The notes below the pieces were generated by a model. It searched no databases and had not been told where the DNA came from. It saw only the letters and a list, made by a program, of their open reading frames with translations. From an uncultured Rhizobium sp. (lineage in GTDB: Bacteria > Pseudomonadota > Alphaproteobacteria > Rickettsiales > UBA1997), in assembly GCA_964444545.1 (NCBI GenBank), contig CAYUHG010000001.1, positions 6,033 to 70,032 of the forward strand: 64,000 nt of DNA, written 5' to 3'. Positions 56,583 to 64,000 of the stretch are shown in pieces. Numbering within the stretch: the first letter of the stretch is position 1; each line of letters starts with the position of its first letter. A program made the translations under genes and the position numbers.

Positions 56583-57662
56583 TTAAGCCATCAAAGTCGC
56601 TTTAATGATTTCATCTTCGCGGTTGATCGCGACAGAATTAGTTTCTTTATTCACTAAAAGTTCAAAGAAATTAAAGACGTTTTTCGCGAATAATTTGCTG
56701 GCGTCCGCTGCAACTAAACTTGGAAAGTTTTCGTGACCGATAATTTTCACACCATCAACTTGAATGATTTTGCCTTTTTGAGTTAAAGCACAGTTCCCAC
56801 CATTTGCGGCCGCGATATCAACAATTACAGATCCTGGTTTCATCAATTTCACCATTTCTTCGGTGATCAAAATTGGCGCCGCTTTACCAGGAATTAATGC
56901 GGTTGTAATAACCACATCCTGAGTTTTAATCGTTTCTTTCAGTAATTCCTGCTGACGTTTTTTGTAATCTTCACTCATTTCACCAGCATAAACTCCATCA
57001 GATTTTTCATCAGATTTTACTTCAATAAACTTAGCTCCAAGGCTTTGCGCTTGCTCTTTTGCCGCCGCACGAACGTCAAAAGCACTTACGATTGCACCAA
57101 GTCTTTTTGCCGTTGCGATAGCTTGTAATCCGGCGACACCAACACCAAGAACTAAAACTTTCGCCGCCGAGATTGTGCCTGCTGCTGTCATCATCATTGG
57201 TACAACTTTTGATGAGTTATGAACTGCCTCAAGCACAGAAACATATCCAGCCAAATTACTTTGCGATGAAAGAACATCCATGCTTTGAGCGCGAGTGATT
57301 CGCGGCATTAATTCTAAAGCAAAAGCTGAGATTTTTGCATTAACTAAAGCTGCAACTTTCTCTTTTTGGAAAGCTGGATTTAGTAAGGCGATAAAAACAA
57401 GATTTGGTTTAACTTCTGCAAGATCAATTTCAGTTCTTTGTACTGAAATCACTACATCAATTTCTGGTAAAATTTGATTGATATCGGTAACGATTTTTGC
57501 ACCATTTTTTTCATAAACTGCATCAGCAACTCCAGAGTTTTCACCCGCACCTTTTTCAACAAAAATCTCAACATTTAATCTCTGATATTTAGCAACTAAA
57601 TCTGGCGTAAGTGCTACGCGATTTTCGTGAGTTGCATTTTCTTTTAGGACGAGAAGTTTCAT
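56583..57662 (-). CDS. pntAA: NAD(P) transhydrogenase subunit alpha part 1 (AlaDH/PNT domain)
   Basis: ENRVALTP, the Rossmann motif LGVGVAGLQAIATAKRLGA, and DIAA..GGNC. Start set at MKLLVLKE, because the longer ORF runs into tRNA-Leu. Confidence 0.8.
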   Translation of the reverse strand: MKLLVLKENATHENRVALTPDLVAKYQRLNVEIFVEKGAGENSGVADAVYEKNGAKIVTDINQILPEIDVVISVQRTEIDLAEVKPNLVFIALLNPAFQKEKVAALVNAKISAFALELMPRITRAQSMDVLSSQSNLAGYVSVLEAVHNSSKVVPMMMTAAGTISAAKVLVLGVGVAGLQAIATAKRLGAIVSAFDVRAAAKEQAQSLGAKFIEVKSDEKSDGVYAGEMSEDYKKRQQELLKETIKTQDVVITTALIPGKAAPILITEEMVKLMKPGSVIVDIAAANGGNCALTQKGKIIQVDGVKIIGHENFPSLVAADASKLFAKNVFNFFELLVNKETNSVAINREDEIIKATLMA

Positions 57663-57683
57663 AGGAAATGTTGAATATAAATT

Positions 57684-57770
57684 TGGTGCGGTCGAGAAGA
57701 TTTGAACTTCCACGGGTTTTACCCCACAACGACCTCAACGTTGCGCGTATACCAATTCCGCCACGACCGC
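57684..57770 (-). tRNA. tRNA-Leu (anticodon GAG), with encoded CCA
   Basis: The reverse complement reads GCGGTCGTGGCGGAATTGGTATACGCGCAACGTTGAGGTCGTTGTGGGGTAAAACCCGTGGAAGTTCAAATCTTCTCGACCGCACCA. Acceptor GCGGTCG/CGACCGC. Anticodon loop TTGAGGT. Confidence 0.9.
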
Positions 57771-57820
57771 ACAAAACGATTATAGAAAAATCACCCCTAA
57801 ATCCCCTAAAGGGGACTTGG

Positions 57821-57839
57821 CAATTCCGCCACGACCGCA
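57821..57839 (-). repeat. 19-nt duplicate of the 5' end of tRNA-Leu(GAG)
   Basis: CAATTCCGCCACGACCGCA at 57753-57771 (tRNA 5' end plus 1 nt) is repeated exactly at 57821-57839. Confidence 0.8.
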
Positions 57840-57850
57840 TAAATGCAAAA

Positions 57851-57931
57851 TTCCTGTCATCCTGAACAAAGTGAAGGATCTCTTGAAGATAAACTCACGA
57901 GATCCTTCACTTTGTTCAGGATGACAAGGAA
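57851..57931. repeat. Hairpin repeat family 1, copy 4
   Basis: CCTGTCATCCTGAACAAAGTGAAGGATCTC ... GAGATCCTTCACTTTGTTCAGGATGACAAGG, directly downstream of the gdh stop. Confidence 0.85.
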
Positions 57932-57945
57932 TTGGTTAAATAAGT

Positions 57946-60900
57946 TTAGTTAACCAAAGGTTTCAAACGATTTAAGGCCACAATAAAAACTGACAAATCA
58001 GGATTTGGTTGTGACTTCAATTCTGAAATGAAGTTGTCAAAACGATCAACCAAAAAGTCAGATTTTTGTATCCAATTTTTCATCGAATCAGCTTCGCAAA
58101 GAAGTTTATCTTTGCTGCTTGAATCAACGATGCTTTTCGCAATCTTCATTTGATAGCTGTACAAATCTTCTAAAATTGTTTTGGAGGAAAGTTTCTGCCA
58201 ATGATTTTCATAATTGATGCTTGAAACCTTGCTACGTAACCATTTCAAAGAGAATCTGTTACCGACAGAGAAGTAAACTTTAGCGATAATTTTCAAATCA
58301 AAGTTCGAAGCTGCTGAAATTTCAGCGATGTCAAATACTGAAGCTAGTGGATCAAGCGAAGCAATTTTGCTCGCCAATTTGCGCTCAACATTATTCAAAC
58401 AATATCTATCGATTTTACGCTCAAAAGATTCGCGTGAAGCTTGTGCTAAGACTTCTGACAACAAAGCAGAAAGCTCGTCGGCAATTTTTCTGAAACGCGT
58501 AACTACCGGAGAAAGAGCACCTTTTGATTGGTTGCGTAACAACCACAATACTGATCTTTCCAACAATTTATTTGAAGCCAAAAACATCTGAGCTTGAATT
58601 TTTGGATCAACTTTACCATCCAATTTTTCAATTTCTTCCCAGATTTCGCGAAGTCTGAACGAATCACAAGCAATCACCAAATTTTTCACCACGTCAGAGA
58701 TTGCGAACCCACTTTCCTGGCAAAGTTGACTTACAAAAGTAATGCCAGCACGGTTAACCACGAAGTTTGTAAGTTGAGTTGCAATAATTTCGTTACGAAG
58801 TTGGTGAGTTGCAATTTCGTCAGCAAATTTTTTCTGCATTGCTTTCGGGAAGTATGAGAATAGCTCTTGCTCGAAATATTTATCTTTTAACAAGTCGGAA
58901 GTTAGCAACGAGTTGTAAATATCCATTTTCGAGTAAGCCAGCATCACACAAAGTTCCGGACGAGTCATACCGACTTTATCATTCTGTCTTTTGTCAATTT
59001 CTTTTCTTGCCGGTAAAAACTCAATTTTACGGTTCAACAAACCAGATTTTTCCAAACGATCCAAGAATTGCGATTGATCTCCAAGGCTTGATACACCTTG
59101 CGAAAACGCGATCGAAATTGCTTGAGTTTGCAATCTGTTATCAGAAAGAACTAGGTGAGAAACCTCGTCAGTCATGCTTTCAAGGAATTTATTTCTTTCT
59201 TCTAAAGTGATTTTTTTGCCGCGCATAGCTTGAATCAAGGCGATTTTAATGTTCACCTCATGATCTGAACAATCTACACCAGCTGAGTTATCCATCGCAT
59301 CAGTATTAACACGACCGCCTTTCAAAGCATATTCGATACGACCTTTTTGCGTGAATCCAAGGTTTCCACCCTCACCGATCACTTTGCAACGTAAATCTGA
59401 ACCGTTGATACGAAGATTATCGTTAGCACGATCGCCAACATCTTGGTTAGTTTCATCAGCAGCTTTTACGTAGGTTCCAATACCGCCGTTCCACAACAAA
59501 TCGACCGGAGCTTTTAAAATCGCTTTAATCAATTCATTTGGTTCAAGCTCATCTTCGGAAATGTCCAAAACTGCTTTTACTTCTGGAGAAATTTTAATTG
59601 ATTTAGCGCTTCTCTCAAAAATTCCACCACCTTTAGAAATCAAAGCTTGGTTGTAATCCATCCAAGATGAACGTGGTAAATTAAACATGCGAACGCGTTC
59701 TTCGAATGATTTAGCTGCATCCGGATTTGGATCAAAGAAAATATGCATATGGTTGAAAGCAGCAACCAACTTAATGTGCTTTGATAACAACATTCCATTA
59801 CCAAATACGTCACCAGCCAAATCACCAATACCAACACAGGTGAAATCTTGACTTTGTGTATCGTGACCCATTTCAGCGAAATGTCTTTTAACTGAAATCC
59901 AACCACCTTTAGCGGTAATACCCATTTTTTTATGGTCGTAACCAACTGAACCGCCAGAAGCGAAGGCATCACCTAACCAGAAATTATATTCAGCTGAAAT
60001 TCCGTTCGCGATATCTGAGAAAGTTGCGGTACCTTTATCGGCAGCAACAACTAAATAAGGATCTGCCGCATCATGCATCACAACATCTTTTGGATGAACA
60101 ATTTTGCCTTCGATCACGTTATCAGTAACATCTAAAAGACCACGTAAGAAAGTTTGGTAAGATGAAACACCATCTTTTTGAATTTCGTCACGGCTTAATC
60201 CTGCTGTTGGTTTTTTTACAACGAAACCACCTTTAGAACCGACTGGAACGATTACCGCATTTTTAGTCATTTGCGCTTTCATCAAGCCAAGAACTTCGGT
60301 ACGGAAATCTTCGTGACGATCAGACCAACGCAATCCACCGCGAGCAACACGTCCGCCGCGCAAGTGAATACCTTCCATTGTCGAAGAATATACGAAAATT
60401 TCGGCGTAAGGAAGTGGAAGCGGAAGATCCAAAACTTGCTTACAATCAAACTTGAATGAAACGTAACCTTTAAACTCACCTTCTTTTGAAGATTGGTAAT
60501 AATTGGTACGAAGTGTAGCGCGAATTACACTTAAGAATTTTTTGATTACCGCATCATCCAACAAATCTTTAACTTGCGCTAGACCTTTGGTAATCTCAGC
60601 GATAATGGCTTCGATTTTTTTCTGTCTGTCTGTCAGGCTTGATTTTGAAGATGGGTCAAATTTTACCTCGAATAGTTCAACCAAAAGTTTGGTGATATCG
60701 TGATATTTAACCAAAACTTCTGCGATATAAGCTTGGCTATATCTAAAACCTGTTTGGTAGATATACTTAGTGTAAGCACGAAGTAGATAAATTTGTTTCC
60801 AATCTAAGTCAGCTGCAACAACCAAGCGGTTCAACATGCTAACGTCAACGGTATTATTCCAAATCAAAGAGATAGTTTTCTCGAAGTTGATTTTGATTTT

Positions 60901-62787
60901 TTCAGAGAATTTGTCGCCTTTTTTGCTGAGGTTTAAATGGAAGTAATGAATCCAAACTTTTTTATTAGGATTTCTACGATCATCTTCTTCCGGACTCACA
61001 ACATAAGTATGTTCTTGAATCACGTTAAAACCAAAACTTTCTAAGACCGGCATGATTTCAGAAAGAATTAGTTCTTTTTGCGGGTTATAAATTTTCAACT
61101 CGGTGATTTCTTCTGCCAAAGTATCCGAAGAACGATATAAGTTAAAGATGATCGAGTTTTTACCTAAACATTCTTCAACACGTGCGATATCAATTGCGGC
61201 GCGTTTTGGATCAAAACGGTTGATGTAACTTACTGAGAAAGCATTTTGGTACTTAGCGAAAAGCGCGATGCGTTTTTCATTCTCAAATTTTGCTGAAATT
61301 GCTTCTTTAAGATCATCACTCCAAACTTTGGTCATGTTAGTGATTTCACGTTCAACCTTAGCGTTATCAACGGTTGGGATGCCGTTGTTAGTACGAACGA
61401 TCACGTGGAAACGCGTAAGTTTTGACTCAGTAATTTCAACAAATGAATCAGCAACTTCACCGTTATAAATGTTAGCAAGATAGTCTTTGATTTTTTCACG
61501 TAGTTCAGAATTGCTGCGGTCTCTTGGTGTGAAAATCAAGCAGCTAACGAAACGATTATATTTATCTTTACGTGGGAAGAATCTCACTTGTGATCTGCCA
61601 CAAATTGCTACGATACCAGTTGCGATACGAAGTAAATCGTTGGCATTGGTTTGGAACAATTCATCACGCGGATAAGATTCAAGAACTGAGATCAAGTCTT
61701 TGTAGTTGTGACTGCTTTTAGTAAAGCCAGAATCTTCAATGATGCGAGCGATTTTGTTGCGCACCAAAGGAATGGTGCTTGGGCTGTGGCTATAAGCTGA
61801 AGAAGTGAACAAACCGATGAATCTATATTCACCCACAACTTTTCCATCTTCAGAAATTTTTTGGATACGGATACGCTCAGCGTTAGAAATTCTGTGAATA
61901 CGCGATCTGTAACGTGATTTCAAAATTTCGATAACGTAAGGCTCTTTTACTGAATCACAAACTTCATCAACTGAAGAATTTAGAACTTCTGGCAACACGT
62001 CTGCGTAAGGCGAAGAAAAAACACCAAGACCAGATTTTTTAACTTCTTCCAATCTGTAAGAACCTTTTTCAGCTTCTTTAATATTAAATTCTTTTGCGCC
62101 TAAAAGAATGAAGTTTCCTTCAATCATCCAATCAATGAAATCTTTGATTTCGCTGATTTCTTTCGGATTTTTTACAATTTTTTTAGCATTATCAATTTGA
62201 CCTTGAGCAGTTTTTGCCATTGCCATCATCTTCTTCCAATCACTGACGACCAATACTAGAGTTTCAATGATCTTAGAGATATTTTCCTGCAACATCTCAA
62301 TGTCAGCACTGCTAGTAATTTTATCTAAATGGAACTGAATTACTGATTCTTGTTTAGCATCTTTTTTATCAGTAACTGATTGCAAATTACCTTTGGCATC
62401 ACGAGTCACCAAATAAATTGGGTGAACAATATTTTTAATGCGAATACCGATTTTATCTAAATGTCCAACCAATGAATCAACCAAGAATGGCATGTCATCA
62501 GCAACAACTTCTAAGAAAGTGTTCATTGATTCAAAACCATCAACACTTTGTGATGGGTTATAAATTCTAACTTTGAAAGTACTGCTTTTTTCAGCGGCAA
62601 AATTAAAGCTTAAAAAAGTAGCATTGTGTAGCTCCTCAACTGAGTAATTGACGAAATCACGACCTTGATTTTGCAAGTAAAATAATTTTGTAAAATCGAG
62701 AAATTTTTCACGAAAAAAGTTCTTCTCATACTTCTTTTGATGAGAGAAGCTAATAACCTGGTCGATAAGATTTTGCATCGTTTCCAT
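57946..62787 (-). CDS. Large NAD-specific glutamate dehydrogenase (~180 kDa class)
   Basis: 1613 aa. The central GDH catalytic region (VPVGSKGGFV..., DKGTATFSD.AN, GYDHKKMGITAKG, GDMSGDVFGNG-like GDLAGDVFGNGML) is embedded in long N- and C-terminal helical domains. Confidence 0.9.
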   Translation of the reverse strand: METMQNLIDQVISFSHQKKYEKNFFREKFLDFTKLFYLQNQGRDFVNYSVEELHNATFLSFNFAAEKSSTFKVRIYNPSQSVDGFESMNTFLEVVADDMPFLVDSLVGHLDKIGIRIKNIVHPIYLVTRDAKGNLQSVTDKKDAKQESVIQFHLDKITSSADIEMLQENISKIIETLVLVVSDWKKMMAMAKTAQGQIDNAKKIVKNPKEISEIKDFIDWMIEGNFILLGAKEFNIKEAEKGSYRLEEVKKSGLGVFSSPYADVLPEVLNSSVDEVCDSVKEPYVIEILKSRYRSRIHRISNAERIRIQKISEDGKVVGEYRFIGLFTSSAYSHSPSTIPLVRNKIARIIEDSGFTKSSHNYKDLISVLESYPRDELFQTNANDLLRIATGIVAICGRSQVRFFPRKDKYNRFVSCLIFTPRDRSNSELREKIKDYLANIYNGEVADSFVEITESKLTRFHVIVRTNNGIPTVDNAKVEREITNMTKVWSDDLKEAISAKFENEKRIALFAKYQNAFSVSYINRFDPKRAAIDIARVEECLGKNSIIFNLYRSSDTLAEEITELKIYNPQKELILSEIMPVLESFGFNVIQEHTYVVSPEEDDRRNPNKKVWIHYFHLNLSKKGDKFSEKIKINFEKTISLIWNNTVDVSMLNRLVVAADLDWKQIYLLRAYTKYIYQTGFRYSQAYIAEVLVKYHDITKLLVELFEVKFDPSSKSSLTDRQKKIEAIIAEITKGLAQVKDLLDDAVIKKFLSVIRATLRTNYYQSSKEGEFKGYVSFKFDCKQVLDLPLPLPYAEIFVYSSTMEGIHLRGGRVARGGLRWSDRHEDFRTEVLGLMKAQMTKNAVIVPVGSKGGFVVKKPTAGLSRDEIQKDGVSSYQTFLRGLLDVTDNVIEGKIVHPKDVVMHDAADPYLVVAADKGTATFSDIANGISAEYNFWLGDAFASGGSVGYDHKKMGITAKGGWISVKRHFAEMGHDTQSQDFTCVGIGDLAGDVFGNGMLLSKHIKLVAAFNHMHIFFDPNPDAAKSFEERVRMFNLPRSSWMDYNQALISKGGGIFERSAKSIKISPEVKAVLDISEDELEPNELIKAILKAPVDLLWNGGIGTYVKAADETNQDVGDRANDNLRINGSDLRCKVIGEGGNLGFTQKGRIEYALKGGRVNTDAMDNSAGVDCSDHEVNIKIALIQAMRGKKITLEERNKFLESMTDEVSHLVLSDNRLQTQAISIAFSQGVSSLGDQSQFLDRLEKSGLLNRKIEFLPARKEIDKRQNDKVGMTRPELCVMLAYSKMDIYNSLLTSDLLKDKYFEQELFSYFPKAMQKKFADEIATHQLRNEIIATQLTNFVVNRAGITFVSQLCQESGFAISDVVKNLVIACDSFRLREIWEEIEKLDGKVDPKIQAQMFLASNKLLERSVLWLLRNQSKGALSPVVTRFRKIADELSALLSEVLAQASRESFERKIDRYCLNNVERKLASKIASLDPLASVFDIAEISAASNFDLKIIAKVYFSVGNRFSLKWLRSKVSSINYENHWQKLSSKTILEDLYSYQMKIAKSIVDSSSKDKLLCEADSMKNWIQKSDFLVDRFDNFISELKSQPNPDLSVFIVALNRLKPLVN

Positions 62788-62801
62788 AAAAATTTTTAAA
62801 A

Positions 62802-63347
62802 TTATTTTTTGATAAGAATAACTACCATCTGCATACCTTCCAATCTATGTGGCACCTCAGGCTTTGCGAAACTTTCTGTATCTCTTAAAATATCTTGCAT
62901 CATCTTTTCTGCCAAATCTTGGTGAGTGATTTCACGGCCTTTCATTCTAATACTAACTTTTACTTTATTTCCTTTTTCGATAAACTCTTTGGTGTGTCGG
63001 ATCTTAGTGTCAAAGTCACCTTTACCGATGTTAATCGTCATTTTGATTTCTTTAACTTCGACGACTTTTTGTTTTTTCTTGGCATCTGCGGCTTTTTTCT
63101 GCAGCTCGTATTTCATCTTACCAAAATTTGCGATCTTGCAAACTGGAGGAACTACATTTGGCGAAACCTCAACTAAATCTAAGCCGACATCTTGTGACAT
63201 TCTGAGAGCTTCGGAAGTTCCTACCACTCCAACCATTTTCCCTTCATGATCAATCAACCTTACTTCGCGGGCTTTGATCTGTTCATTAATACGAAATAAT
63301 TTATCAAAATTGTTTTGTTGTGTTGGCTGATTTTTTATTGGTTTCAC
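62802..63347 (-). CDS. infC: Translation initiation factor IF-3
   Basis: 181 aa. RINEQIKAREVRLID, LDLVEVSPN..PPVCKI, KEIKM. The ORF-track start is GTG, with an ATT codon immediately upstream (IF-3 genes often use AUU). The exact start is uncertain. Confidence 0.9.
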   Translation of the reverse strand: MKPIKNQPTQQNNFDKLFRINEQIKAREVRLIDHEGKMVGVVGTSEALRMSQDVGLDLVEVSPNVVPPVCKIANFGKMKYELQKKAADAKKKQKVVEVKEIKMTINIGKGDFDTKIRHTKEFIEKGNKVKVSIRMKGREITHQDLAEKMMQDILRDTESFAKPEVPHRLEGMQMVVILIKK

Positions 63348-63464
63348 AATAGCGATTTCAAGTTGTTAGAGGGATTTCTTCGAAAAAAATCGAGAGGCGG
63401 GGCAAATTATACATCAACTTCTAAAGTTCAACCCTGTGGTTTGAATTAATTTTGATGACTAAAA

Positions 63465-64000
63465 TTAAGATATTTTTGCCGCTATTTTTCTGGCCTGATC
63501 ATCAAAGGATAATACTTCTTCAACTGAACTTACTTCTTTGTGAGTAATTTTCTCCAAAGTTTGAGCAACAACTTTAGTAATTTTATCGAAGGAAATTTCG
63601 TTCTTTAGAAATCTTTCAACCGCAATTTCATTCGCGGCATTCAAAACTGCCGGAGCACTTCCATCAATCTCCAAAGCTTCCTGACAAAGTTTAATCGCGG
63701 GAAATTTTACGTCATTTGGCGCAAAAAAACTTAGATTCTGCAACTTCGCTAAATCAAGTTTATCGTGTTTAATCGCCATTCTTTTTGGAAAAGCCAGCGC
63801 GTAAGAAATGGGAACTTGCATGTCAGGCTTACTTAACATCGCTAAAGTTGAGCCATCAGAATAATCAACCATTCCGTGAATAATTGATTGTGGATGCACT
63901 AAAATTTTAATCTGATTTTTTTGCAGCGGAAAAAGATGAAAAGCTTCGATCATCTCTAAACCTTTATTCATCATGGTCGCCGAATCGATCGAAATTTTCG
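63465..64000 (-). CDS. dxr: 1-deoxy-D-xylulose-5-phosphate reductoisomerase, C-terminal part (gene continues beyond the window)
   Basis: SIDSATMMNKGLEMIEA.HLF, VHPQSIIHGMV.Y.DGS, NAANE.AV..FL. The frame is open to base 64000. Confidence 0.85.
   Translation of the reverse strand, partial: KISIDSATMMNKGLEMIEAFHLFPLQKNQIKILVHPQSIIHGMVDYSDGSTLAMLSKPDMQVPISYALAFPKRMAIKHDKLDLAKLQNLSFFAPNDVKFPAIKLCQEALEIDGSAPAVLNAANEIAVERFLKNEISFDKITKVVAQTLEKITHKEVSSVEEVLSFDDQARKIAAKIS

Overview
Low-GC, densely coding 64-kb chromosomal segment. It looks like an obligate-intracellular alphaproteobacterium, Rickettsiales/Holosporales-like. That placement is inferred from gene content: a PopZ/DUF2497-like protein, COQ7 plus a COQ9-like protein, a stand-alone PntAA, lspA followed by a small lipoprotein, a 1613-aa NAD-glutamate dehydrogenase, VirB11 and secreted ankyrin proteins. 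I support about 60 protein genes, most of them housekeeping. They cover envelope and LPS (lpxD, lpxB, lptD, lgt, lspA, uppP, mltA, dacA-like, two OMPs), replication and repair (dnaA, ligA, recR, ruvC), secretion (yajC, secD, yidD), lipid metabolism (fabG, fabI, fadB-like), cofactor synthesis (folC, ribH, thiE, queF, coq7, dxr), and ftsZ, infC, ychF, trxA and trxB. There are two tRNA-Leu genes. I saw no rRNA, CRISPR array, transposase or integrase. The items most worth a second look are listed here. (1) A 638-aa protein wedged between ychF and coq7 combines a prepilin-type N-terminus, a LamG-like domain, a Cys-rich EGF-like stretch and a very glycine-rich C-terminal module, with no pilus or T2SS genes nearby. 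(2) A small accessory islet lies between lpxD and fmt and includes a 241-aa protein with a clan-CD-peptidase-like His/Cys dyad. (3) There are two unrelated families of hairpin-forming dispersed repeats, one of them extremely GC-rich in an AT-rich genome, and both show compensatory arm changes. (4) An AT-rich motif, AAATCTTAAATC / TTTAGATT, recurs just upstream of operon-leading start codons. (5) virB11 is an orphan. (6) A stand-alone C-terminal fragment of dnaE sits next to tRNA-Leu and uppP. (7) Two ankyrin-repeat proteins with export signals sit in tandem. (8) cstA is fused to a ybdD/yjiX-like peptide. (9) A 19-nt duplication of a tRNA-Leu 5' end is present. All functional calls come from motif recognition by eye. 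No database search was run.
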